Below are positions 1 to 11,769 of a DNA stretch of 64,000 nt, piece after piece. The DNA is from Bispira polyomma. Its lineage: Eukaryota. The notes under the pieces were generated by a model. That model did not search any database. It had not been told where the DNA came from and saw nothing but the letters and a program-made list of their open reading frames with translations. The translations under genes were made by a program, and so were the position numbers. The DNA lies in assembly GCA_965649765.1 (NCBI GenBank), contig OZ287757.1, positions 3,038,001 to 3,102,000 on the forward strand, in the 5' to 3' direction. The first letter of the stretch is position 1. Each line of letters starts with the position of its first letter.

Positions 1-89
1 CATGACGGAACAAAGAGGAAGCAAGCACTTCTAACCACTAGGCCTCAAATTTAAATAGAATACAACTGATTATTAAATCATCAACATAC

Positions 90-264
90 GTCACACAACA
101 CCCTCTGCTGGGTTGGTATTGTTCCCATTTAAATATTGGATCCAGCTCGTTGATTGATGGCACGCCCTGTCTCTTCTGTCGTTTGTGAAAAAGTTCCCTT
201 TTCCTCCTGCTGTCTCCAAACTTTGGTGCACATTTGTCTTGAGGCTCCCCCTTGCATGCTTTAT
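90..264 (-). CDS. Gene A coding exon 3
   Basis: tttttcag acceptor, gtatgt donor, open frame with RRKR/RQKR and GCCVT; the ORF track shows a different frame here. Confidence 0.8.
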
Positions 265-3200
265 CTGAAAAAAGGTGATTATTGTATTAATGTATCTATA
301 CATTTTCATGTCTGGTAAGACCCGGAAACACCCGAAGGTCTCCCGAGACCAGGTGGTTAGGGAGTTGGTCTGGTGATCAGAAGGTCCCAGATTCAACTCT
401 CAGTGTATGTGTATAGGAGGGGGGGGGGGTTGATCAGAAAGTCCCCAGTTTTGACTCGTACTAGGTTGACTGGCACCAGGTTTATTGGTGGAATAACATA
501 TTTGGCTAAAATGACATAACATAGCTTCTGGTGACAACCCCGGATATGTTGTATGACATGTGATTGATCGATTGATTCGGTCGCTGTACTTTAAAATATA
601 CCTCACATCACATAAGGGTATTAAAAATATTCAATTCAATCATCTTTGCTAAATCAGATGTCTACAACTGTAGTGCTTAGAATGTTCAACTTTGAATCAG
701 GGGTTCACATAGAATTCCAGTTTTGATCATTGCTGCAGACCTAGGGACTGTGCAGTTGGACAATGTACTGCACACAATGTTCCCTCTCCACCCAGGTGTA
801 TAAATGGGTACCTGGCTGCTAATGGGTGTTAGTCTATGTGCTGCATGTGGCAGTGTGAGTAGTATGCTCCCCAAGGTAGCTGAGAGTGAACAATTGGTTT
901 ACAAATGGGAAAACCCAGGCTGGGGTTGTAAACTGTGTACAGCGCTTTTAGATACCAAGAGAACACGTTATATAAATATGTTTACCTTTGTTTTGTCTCG
1001 CTACAAATCTGGCCAGGAATCTCTTGTGGATTTGCAATGGTTCATTTCGACAAATGTCTGTGTACTGTCGTTGACATTGTCTCTGTAATTTTAACAAAAA
1101 TATATACAAATAGCCTAGGCGTACCAGGGTGATAATGTGTATTAATTAGGGGTGAAATAGGGTGCCCCATTACTCAAATATGAAAATCTTTTTTGAAGTT
1201 AAACTAGTGGTTTTGGGTCTCAAAAAATATGTTTTGTAGTAAAATCTAGCAATATCACCTAATGCATTGATTAATACAATAACGTTGGTCTAATTATTGT
1301 ACCTAAAATACATTTTTCCATTTTTCTTGGTTTCCCTGATTGGTTCATACCAAATTTGTAGGTACCTAGCTTGGAGATGGTTGGACGGTTCATACCAAAT
1401 TTGTAGGTACCTAGATAAGAGACAGTTAGACGATGCTTTAGATCAAGCTTTAAAACAGTTTGTATTAGACTGATTGTGGCTGACTAAAGAATTGTCTTTG
1501 TTTTAGAAGCTTCTTTTTTTATTTAGAAATCTATGACTACAAATATGTTGGCTAATAATTAAAACTATAAACTAATACCCCTGTTGCACTATGCTGCTTA
1601 TAGCCCCCGACTGTTGGGGCTGTGGTGGCCAAGTGGTTAGCAAGCATTGTGCTTCACAATCACTGGTCGGCGTGAGTTCGAATCCTGTCAATGCCTATGT
1701 GGGAAAGGTGGTAGTTCCTTACTTTGTAAATTAAAAGTAAATTTGTATGGTTGCCTTTTTGCTGACAGAAACAAATGCTGTACGCTCCTAGCGGGCATCA
1801 TATGGGCTCTAAAATGTTAACCCAGTGCTCAGTTTTACAAAATAGGACTCGGATAGCATTGTCATGGGTAGATACTTAGTAACACCAAATAGTTATCGAC
1901 ATCACTAAATGCATTAATATTGTTTAAGCGCCTTCAATCTGAGTCATAATGAGTTTAGCATAGATATAATATAAATACAATGCAAGTGGTTGTAAACAAC
2001 AGGCATAGCTTGGCTCTGCTGTATACCTATAGGTTTGCTACTGCTGGAATAAGGGTTTTCATGGATCTCGAAATTAATACTCTAGTGCACTAACAGTTAA
2101 GTTAAAGGAGAAACCTCCGAAGTCTGAGTGTTTAATGCGCCGATATACACAGATAATAAACGTTTCTCCCTCATGAAAACCGGACGCCAGGTCTTATACC
2201 CCTACCATTTTTACCCTGCTAACTCACTTGGCTTACGAGAGGGGGACACATAACTTCACCATGTAAACAACAGAAATAGCTTGGCTCTGTTGTAAACTTG
2301 CAGAGGATTGCTACTGCGGGTGAAATTTAAAAACCCGTTGGTCTTTACAGTGTTTACAAATAAAATGGTCAAGGTAAACAGCATAACGAAATGTTGGTAA
2401 AAACATCATAAAGGCCTTATTAGGATAAAATACTTTAACATATTTGGAAATGGTAATGTGTTTGAATTGACACACCTTAACATCTTTCAAAAATTGAACT
2501 TCAGTTAATTTATGTTTCATAAGTCTTTGTATTATATTATGAAAATGCTGAAAACGAAGGCATGGAATCAGCAAACGGTCTCCATAGGTCACTGGCAATT
2601 GTCATCACCGTTGAAGAGTTGGATTTACTGAGCTATAAAGCTATAATTAGTAATAAACAGGAAACAATAACATGTGAGGGTGATCAATCTTATATGTAGG
2701 CAAACAAATGTATTCATAAAAAACTTCAGATGCTGAAAGCTTTATAATATAGTCCTGTATGTAGGTAAACAACTTAAGTTACAAAACCTCCATAAATTTA
2801 TGAAAATACATACAATACAAACATTTATAATTGTCAGGACGTCTCCATTAGAGTTGGCATTGCAACAATGCCTATAACAATATCCATTCAATTGTACTGA
2901 ACAAAAATAATTACTAAAAAGTACCATGTATTATTAACACATTTCGTGTCAATACATAAGAAAACATTTCCATGTCACATATGAAACTAACTCAACTGAA
3001 GTGTATAAGAATAATTCAATATATTAATAAATAAAAGACGTATAAAAATAATTGGTAAAATTAATCAATAATTTGTTGAAATATGGTTGAATAAAAATAC
3101 TTTAAATTTTAACACTTCCTGTTTTTGAAAACAAGATAAAAAGTTAGCGGCTTCCAAAATACAAGACCTCCGGGATCCCATTAAAAGGGGCTGAATATGT

Positions 3201-6200
3201 GTATGTTTCTCCTGATTTCTATATTCTTTCCTCTACCAATAAAAATCTGTTTTCGAATTTGGATGCCTCTTGATATTTCATGTTCTGACTATACAGTATC
3301 TTATATTGTGTATTTCGGCTCACGTCGGTGCTATAAAATCCTATAGGTGATTACTTCATAAAATATAATAGAGAGGTTGGGCAACATTACGTTACGTTTC
3401 TGTCTTCTGCTAACGTAAATATAATGAGAATAACGTAATCAATTTGTGTATAAAACATCACGTCTGGACAGTGCTAAGGTAAAATATAGCATTTTGTACG
3501 CAAATGATGGTTGACTTACTGAGTGGTTTGTCTTAAAGTTTTTAGTGTACTAATTAACCATATTCTTCAAAGCTTTAGGTACATATATTTTCATGCATAT
3601 ATGTAGACTAGTTTTAAAACTTTTGTCAAATTAAATAGGATAAATATGATACACACTGACCTCAAATTTAAAGCAACCCTTCAAAACTTGACACAGAAAC
3701 GTAGTGCGCAAACTTTCTATTACCTTAGAAATGCCACCTCTTCAGAGATAAAACCTTGCATGTCTAAAATTCCATCAAGCACATTTTTATTCAATTTAAG
3801 GGTAGACTATTTCTCCTAAAGTCAAGGTATGTTAGTATAAAGCGATTTCATTGCTTAATGAGATGACAGTTCCATGTATCGTAATGTGGGTAATATACAA
3901 GGAACTCACAGGTAAACAAAATGTAATTTTATTTTCATCATATTATGAAATCTTATTTTTTTTTACCTGTTTGATTATATTTACTAAAAAAATGTAAAAT
4001 GTCAATTCTTATTGGTAAACAATAGAAATATTGTTAGTATAATTTACCAAGAGCAATATGAAACAATTTGCGTATTTGAATGCATACATATTTGTAAGGT
4101 ACTATTGAGTTTAGTCAGCTGCTATGTCCTTGCTTATGTCCGCGATATGCCACACACCGGCTATATATGCAGACAAGAGATGCCCTTGGTTACGGTTCAA
4201 GTGAAACGTCAGAGACTGTTCTATATATAAAACTTTAATATAGATGTAGTAGTTATTTGATTGACCAACTAAAATGTACTTGATTTTCAATGAACAGGTG
4301 ATACCTCACTTTCAATGATTACCTAAGATACTATTATACTTCATTTATAAAATGTAAACGGTATATTCTATTACTACTTAACATATGTGCCCCGTGAAGC
4401 AATATACATATCTTTCCACTGAAGCATTTGTTTGCAGGTGGTGTGTAATGGCTACTGGATAGAAGTGTACTTTAAAATCCAACAAATACAAAAGCGATAT
4501 AAAAGAACCAGAAAGTGTATTAATTGCTCTTTCATGACCTATAAATCTTAAAATTTTATTTTCAGTAATCACAGAGATATCAAATTTAATCAATGCAAAT
4601 CTATTCCTAAATTTACAACCTTTTATTCGGATATCTAAGCAAATATCTATACAGTTGAAAACCGTCAAAAAGCACCAAACAATAGCTTTTACCAAATGTA
4701 AAAAGGAAGAAACAGCCATTAAATGCAATGAAATATTAAGAAAACTTCCACTATAATTTTGAAAATTCTAGCAATACCAATTTATTTAATTTTTCATTAT
4801 ATGCAGTAATGTCATGGAAATATGATATTGTGGTGAGTTGCATGTTAGTGTAATTTGCTAACTGGAAGTTTATAGGAATTTTCAGAAATAAGAAAGCCAG
4901 AAGCTGTTAATTAAGTTGCATTTCAGCGTGATTTAGTTGATTGATAAAAGCTTAATTAAGTAATCAAGTTGCATATCATTTACAATTATGTTGCTTAATT
5001 ATTGCTGGAAGTTTGTCAAGTAGCAATGGAAAAGAACGAAGAAAGTTAAATGAACCAAGCAATGTTACCCTCAGGAATTGTGACATTTTCGGTAAGGTCT
5101 AAATTCGGTACAGACTTTGAAAGTTTAGTGTTGCCAAAAACAGGATGTGGTCAAGTCAGTGGGTGTCAAGTCGCAGTTGGACATCATGGCAAGCAAACTG
5201 TAAGTTACTGAGAGATCATTGGAAGTGGTAAACAAAAAGAATGAGTCTTTCGATATCTTGATGGCAGATTGTATCAAAACAATGACAACCCTGGGTTTTC
5301 AAATGGATATAAGCAATGAGGTGGCATGAAAAAAGTTTGAGGAAATAAAGGGAAAATTTCATGTAGCCATTAAACCTGTCGCTGAAAAGTGTGATGTGGT
5401 AATAAAATTGGACCAAAAGGTGGAGAAAAACCCATAAAGATGTCCACGATAAATTGGCCTGCACGGAATGACAAATTAGTCATCTTCAACAGAAAGTGCC
5501 AACTGGAGAAAAGGACTTGAGTGGCATTAAACTGCACATTCAGACAGCAGAAGTGAAAGTAGCAGGTGTACAGCAAGAAGTGAAAAACATTGCTGTCAAA
5601 ATTACACAGGTCAGTCAGGAAACTATACATCAGCTGGCTACTATGAAACAGGAAGTCAGTGTCGTTTCGTCAGACATTAGATCTACCACAAGGGAGGTTC
5701 ATCAAATAAAATCTAATGTGGTTACCAAGGTTGATACCCTGCAGAAAGACTTATGTGTTGTGAAGATATTCGTTCAGTCTGCTAAAGAGGAGACAGGCCA
5801 TATCAAATCAGAACTTTATCAGCATGTTGCATCAAGCAAATCTAACGTACACGCACTAGATGCCAGAATTCAAAGGGTAAAATTGGATGATGTTTAGAAC
5901 ACACAGAGTGATATGCAAATTAATACTCACCAAATTGTGGGACTTTGGAACCAAACAAGACAGTCAGGAGTTTACAATGGATCCAGATTTTGAGAACCTG
6001 AAGCAGAATGTGGCTGTTTTAAAACAGGATCTGAATAACTTTAGATTCCAAACATACACACCTTTAACTGATGCCGTAGCAACACAGAATCCCGAGTGTA
6101 ATTCTTTTGAAGATGATCTCAATAAATCTCTGCAGGAATTATCTGATTTGATAACTGAGTGTCATTCTGTCGTGGAACGCTACTTACTGGAGAGGGAAGC

Positions 6201-9200
6201 ACAAATCAAACTGCAAAGAGCTGAAAATGATATGGTTGCAAGAGCTTGACAGCTTGTTGAGCAGAATCAGGCATTCAAGGAGGACATCCTTCGCAAAAAG
6301 GCTGGTTTGCAATTGGGTGACAGCTGGTGTTACAAAAATGAAACATAAAAAAACATGGGGTGGACTTTAAATTACCATCAGATAGCAAAAGGACTTAAAG
6401 TGGACAAGGTATGAGCTACCAGTTTTAATGACTCAAGTAAAGCCAGTCAGTACAGCTCATCCACAGTTCAGTGTTCCGGGTAATCTGTCATCTACACCTG
6501 TAATTGAAACCATTCATAAAAAGGTATTTAATGAAAGAACAATCAATTCACGGTATGTCAGAGGGGACAGGAAATCGTAAGATGTTACAGGGGACAGGAA
6601 GTCGTATAAATCACATGCTGTAAACAGGACATCTAGCCAAAAATCATGTACTACTAAACCCGCAGTTATTAACTTGACATTTGAATTTGAGAGTGATGAT
6701 GCTCCTAGTTTAACATTGAGTGAAGCGGAGGTGTTACCAGTTGCAGCAGGCCACACTGGCACTTCACCAGTAGTTCAGAATGTGAGAAACTGAGAAAGCT
6801 TAGATGTTCCTAAACTTACTCTCTCAGAGGAGTACTGGAGAGGTTTCATTGGACAATTTTAAACATATGCCAGGGACATGCCATGGACAGAGGCCAACAA
6901 TATTGATTGCTTTTCCATGTGTCTGAGGAAAGAAGCTTCAGAGTACTTCAGCATTCTATCCGCTCAAGCAAGAGGTAGTTTTAAAGAAATCAAAAAAAAA
7001 TTGAAGCTCATTTTAAAAAAATAACTGATATTACCAGTGCCGTTAGATGGAGCTACTTTTGGAGCAAAGGGAGGATATATCATTGGAAAGGTTTTTGTCC
7101 AGACTCCAAAAGATGATCATCAGTGCATATCCAGATGCGGCTCAAAAAGAGTTATATTGTGCGATGTTCATTGAAGCTTTCTTGAATGGTTGTATTCTAT
7201 CTAAGCAGCTGGTACAAAGGCTCCTGAAGCAGGAGCAGCATATAAGAAAGGCAATATATGGTAAAAAAGCCATGGTGGTACAGCAGTTACAATTTGAGTC
7301 GGATAGTCCTGATTAGGATGTTGCTGTTAACATCAAAGCCAGACTAGTCACTCCTTTAAAGAACTTTGATGTCCAACCGAAAGTTTAATTTGCTGATCAA
7401 TTGACTCTAGAAAGTAAGGTGGATTGACCAGAGAGGACTTTAAGCGCGTGGGATGAATCGCTTACCACACAAAACTCAACAGCAGTCAAGCATCAATCAA
7501 ATTACATATTTTGAATGTGGCTATAAGGGGCACTTTGCACAGGATTATGACGGAATATAAGGGCGAATCGTGCCAGGTCTGGGCATTGTGATGGTCAATA
7601 TAACCAAGGTATTATCTACAGATTTGATGATCCTGAAGGACGTCGTAGAGAACAGCCGAGGTATTACAGCCTTAATAGGTTCACAAATAGCCCAAGCAGG
7701 GGTAGATATAGTACGGGTCAGGTTAACAAGACCGGAAGGAGTCATAATCCCAACTGGAGATCAGGGTCGCAGGAGATGTCTGGGGGCTACAGATCAAACT
7801 TTCCCAGCAATCACCGAGTAGAGGTTTCAAGAATGTGAAGGGCACACACTCTCGCAGTAGCTACTCGAGCAGCAACCCTAAAGTAATGCCTTTAATCTAG
7901 GAAAGGGGGGTGGAAATAACAGTGACTTATCCCTTTTAATCATGAACACTGTTTCGCACATACATCACGATAAGGCAGCAGAAGCAGCAGATGCAGCTGT
8001 TCTTGAGGAACCCATTGGCGTACCTGGATCCCGTAAAAAGGTCACCGAGGTGGAATCGTCAAAAGACTCACAAACTACCAAACGGGAAGTGGAGGATGTC
8101 ATAGGTTTGCCAGATGAAGCATTGGATGAAGCATTGCTTGCTACCATCGACAAGTGCTTGGCAAAATAACCAAACCACTTTCCAGTGCTGAGCCACAGGA
8201 AGATACGGATGTTGATCCGACACCCCCTACTAGCCAGGAGCCTAACCAGGCCTGTCCAGAGAAAATCGCTGTCGATTATGACCTTAAAGCAGCAGATATC
8301 CAAGCCAACAAGTTGGCCGCCATGCAGAGTTCTCAAAAATTGTTTTTTGTGGACTCACACTTCCACATCAACTGGATACAGAGGAAAACTCGACTAGAGA
8401 GACTGGATGCCATCTTGTGGAAAGGATCGATGTTCAATGTGCCTGCAGAGCTTGATGCCACCATCGCAAACTTTTGTGATGAGCTACCTACATGGGATAA
8501 AGTCTGTGTCTTGCGAAAGGACCACCGTTTGAGTTTTGCTTTTGGTGTACATTCCAAGCATACCAAATATGTAAATATAGTAAGGGTGGAGGCCATCAAG
8601 GGAAAATTCTCAAGCGTCATCCCAAGATGAAAGAGGTCATTAGAAAATTGCAACTGGACCAGATCTTGCTTGAGACTGACTCAACTAATGTGGTAGCGCC
8701 TGAACATGCTATCTGTAAATTCAACTTCCCTTTCGGCATACTATGTGTGATCAACGAGTCGCTGAAAAATCTGAGGGTGGAAGATATTATCAGAATCACC
8801 TCAGGCAATGCTTGGCAATTCTACAGGCTTTCATGATGAGGGAGAGGGAGTCATGGCGGAGAAGATTGTAGTGGTGTGGCAAGGACTTAAATTGCTATTT
8901 TATGTAAATTTAGAGGCAAAGATGAAAATATGTACTTTAGCTAAAGACAATCTTAAAGCAGTTGATTAAATTTAACGTGTTTAAATGCAACTAACTTTAA
9001 AAGGAAAATCTAATATAACCTCTGTTGCTACTGCAGTGGCAATTACTAAATGTATGTTCAGTTTGAAATCCTGACAGGTGAACCCCAAAAAGCCCTGTTT
9101 GCGGCAGTGTTTCGCCATCAGGTTTACTACCTCCATGAAGTTTTACTAACAACCGAAGTGACGACCCGGAAGCGGGGCTCTTCACATTCATATTTTAACT

Positions 9201-11769
9201 ATCAACGAGTCATTACACACAATTATACACAGAGACATATCTGGGCTGTCACCATAGTCCAGGAACAGCTATTAATACAGACAACAGTCAAGAAGACTGG
9301 TGTCCTGTACATTGTCAGAGGGTAAGTGGTAAAAGTACAATAATATACTAAATCTTACATTAATATCAATGTGTGGACAGTACATTAAGCTTGATAGAAA
9401 CCCGTTTTTAGGCATTTGCCTGAGCGGTTGTATACACAAGTTTCACTGAATGTAGCATTGAATGTAAGGTCTCTACATTAACTTGTATCTTAAAATAAAA
9501 ACGCCTTAAACTAAAATATCAATCATCAACTTAAGCTCAATGTGAGCTTATGTTCAGTTTAGCTCACAAAGCATCTTCAGATAAGATGAATTGAACAGAA
9601 AGATAACCCGAACTTTATGTAATTTAAGGTCAACCTCAAATCAAAGCGACCATGAATAATATAGTGTGATGGCCTTAGCTTATTAAGTTATGTAAATAAT
9701 GTAGCTCTTGACAAAGAAAAGCATCATTTTTCAATATATGTTATTACTTCAATAAAGGTCACCCAAGGGCACTTAAGTTCTCAACAAGATTGGCCCAGTA
9801 TAGTGAGAGCAGTCATAAAAACACCCTGTTATAGTTTGTCGACTCTTACATTCCTTTTCTAAACTTAAGCCGGTGTTGATTCGTTACCGAATATTTATAG
9901 TGACACAGAGAAGCATTAGTAGTAACAACTTTAAGTATATTTGAAGTCAGTACTGCCATTGTCTAACTGAAGACAAAGGCCTGTGGATGAGTGTCTCTAT
10001 ACTAACCTGATTTCATATTGGCAGTATGGTAGGCTGTGCAAGAAAGTTCTTAGCTTCTATATCAGATGTTTTATCCAGCGGAAATAGATACCCTTGAAAC
10101 TTGTCCAGATAGAATTTATAGATTAAAACAGACGATTACCGAGACAAAAGAGCTTCAGTAGTGATACCAAAATACTTGATAAATAAATAGTTATAAACAA
10201 AATATGGCACAAACTTGGAAATACTCAAGCGGAAACATACAGTTACTTGGGCGGAAGACATACAGTACTAATACCCGAACATGTGAAAACATTCAGGAAT
10301 GGAAGGAATAATTTTTCCATCTTTTGGCTACACCCAAAACATCCACCGTACACTGTCGGCTGTAGCAGGTTCATAAAGTTACAGACACGGTTTCACCATA
10401 CTACAACGCAATTTCCAAAATGTCTCTTACCGCCGCCACTCTATACCAGCATAATGAAAAACTCACATCAGGTTTATGTATCTGGCTATACCTGATATAA
10501 ACATGTCATTGTTTATTCAAAATGATCATGTTACCCAGTACACGACATTTGCATGTTTAATAAGGTTTTTTTCAAAGTTTTATAATCTGCATACATATTC
10601 CGATATCCTAAAACTAATGCATTTCCAAATGGTTTTCTGAAGCTTCATATTTTGATTGTATATTAAGGCATAGATGTCGTGATGTTCTAGAATACCTTGC
10701 TAATTTAGCTCAAATTACTAAAGACGAGTTTATAGTAAAACTTAAAACCTATATTTTTTTAACTGGTCTACCCCACTATTTGCCAGTTTATAGCCCCATA
10801 TCCCTCATATCAAGAGCTTTCTCAGTGACACAAATTTTCGTTTTAGGTTGAAAATTGATATCATATTTTTTTCAAAACTTGCTTACTGACCTTAGGTTGT
10901 ATGTTGGTCATGGGTTACATCCTTCCTTATGTTTTCAGACGATGCCCTTTTGATGTTGGGCTTTAAAAGATGTCTGCCACTAATATTATGCACCAATCCT
11001 TTCTACCTTTAACTTGTCTCGACTGACAGCCGATGGCATTTCTTATTCCTAGAACCTATGTAGGCCAGTAAGCAGTCAACATCATAAAAAATATAAATGT
11101 TTTTATTTTTATTCAGTTACTATCAATAAAAATTTTATTAGAAAAGCAGAATCCTGTATTTGGAAATTTTATGTGCAATGCTGATATTGAATGCTGTACG
11201 TATACTGTGGTGTGTGTTTAGTGACTCCAGCTATTTGTAAGCTATCACCTGTAAAATTCCTTCAGTTTCTGGCAATAGATGTTTTTGAGTCAAAAGGGCC
11301 AAATATCCACCATATTATATCATACACATGATATGTCTGATATGTCTTAAGGAACTGGAATAGGTGAGGGGTGAATACACCGAAATGGAATTGTGTAGTA
11401 AAACCCAGATTGCATTTGGGTGCTCAATTGGCTTAGTATACGTCACTGAAAAATTTTATCTAATATACATCATATATAATAAAGCATGTATGCGATAATT
11501 TACAGTTATGAAAAACAAATGTAAAAAATAATCCAGTATTTTTAAGAAATAGTGTAGAACTGAACTCAATGGCTTGTTCTTCATATCGGTAAACTAAAAC
11601 AAGACCGCACAATTGGACACCCCAAAAAAAAAACATACACATTTGAAATTTGACTTACCCTTGCTTTTGTGCTGAACTCGACAGCTTTGACACAAAGGTC
11701 ATCATTAATGTCACAGTCTTGTCCAGAAGCTGGGATAAATAACATCAACAGATAGAGTAATTGCTTCAT
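90..11769 (-). CDS. Gene A: secreted Spaetzle/neurotrophin-like cystine-knot precursor (3' end lies beyond the window)
   Basis: Coding exons 11659-11769 (MKQLLYLLMLFIPASGQDCDINDDLCVKAVEFSTKAR, signal-peptide-like), 986-1082 (RQCQRQYTDICRNEPLQIHKRFLARFVARQNK) and 90-264 (DKACKGEPQDKCAPKFGDSRRKRELFHKRQKRQGVPSINELDPIFKWEQYQPSRGCCVT). GT/AG junctions have compatible phases 0/1/2. Furin-type RRKR and RQKR sites. Exon-for-exon paralogue of gene B; the family call is inferred from gene B's Cys pattern. Confidence 0.8.
650..980 (+). mobile_element. SINE-like repeat
   Basis: Central CTCTCCACCCAGGTGTATAAATGGGTACC block typical of invertebrate tRNA-derived SINEs and an L2-like tail (gcgctttag...ttatataaat). 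Boundaries approximate. Confidence 0.5.
986..1082 (-). CDS. Gene A coding exon 2
   Basis: 97 nt, ttacag/gtaaac, 18/32 aa identical to the 97-nt exon at 34043-34139. Confidence 0.85.
1616..1720 (+). mobile_element. tRNA-derived SINE head
   Basis: Pol III A-box TGGCCAAGTGG and B-box GTTCGAATCC without a complete cloverleaf. Confidence 0.55.
5186..7900 (+). pseudogene. gag-like pseudogene (coiled coil, capsid-like region, degenerate CCHC knuckle)
   Basis: Heptad-rich ORF pieces 5496-6249; capsid-like W-x2-F...LRKEASEYF...EQREDISLERFLSRLQKMIISAYP...EAFLNGC (~6830-7200); ITYFECGYKGHFAQDY at 7501-7548, a Cx2Cx4Hx4C knuckle with TAT in place of TGT at both outer Cys; many stops and frameshifts. 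Confidence 0.7.
7942..8836 (+). pseudogene. TatD-like metal-dependent DNase with acidic N-terminal extension, frameshifted and internally deleted
   Basis: FVDSHFH (DxHxH), FAFGVHSKH (GxHP-like), LDQILLETDS (LLETD) and C-terminal ITSGNAWQFY in TatD order; the central GExGLD/HxR/HC motifs are missing. Confidence 0.75.
11659..11769 (-). CDS. Gene A coding exon 1 (signal peptide)
   Basis: ATG at 11769, hydrophobic core, gtaagt donor; 28/37 aa identical to 61676-61786. Confidence 0.85.

Larger units (their letters stand above)
4810..9076 (+). mobile_element. Decayed Gypsy-like retroelement: gag plus TatD-like ORF, no pol detected
   Basis: Candidate 5' LTR 4810-5085 (TGTCA...TGACA); decayed gag 5186-~7900; TatD-like ORF 7942-8836 followed at once by a purine tract GAGGGAGAGGGAG and GTCATGG echoing the 5' LTR start. 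LTR pairing is weak and no TSD is seen; outer limits are uncertain. Confidence 0.55.

Noticed and set aside
1616-1700. tRNA gene
   Set aside because: A and B boxes are present but acceptor and anticodon stems do not pair; fits a SINE head.
2311-2927. Extra minus-strand exons or an LRR-like ORF
   Set aside because: Possible splice signals, but no counterpart in paralogue B, and gene A exons 1 and 2 already join in phase.
8849-9076. Definite 3' LTR and tRNA primer site for the gag-TatD element
   Set aside because: Only patchy similarity to 4810-5085, no target duplication and no clean PBS; kept as tentative only.
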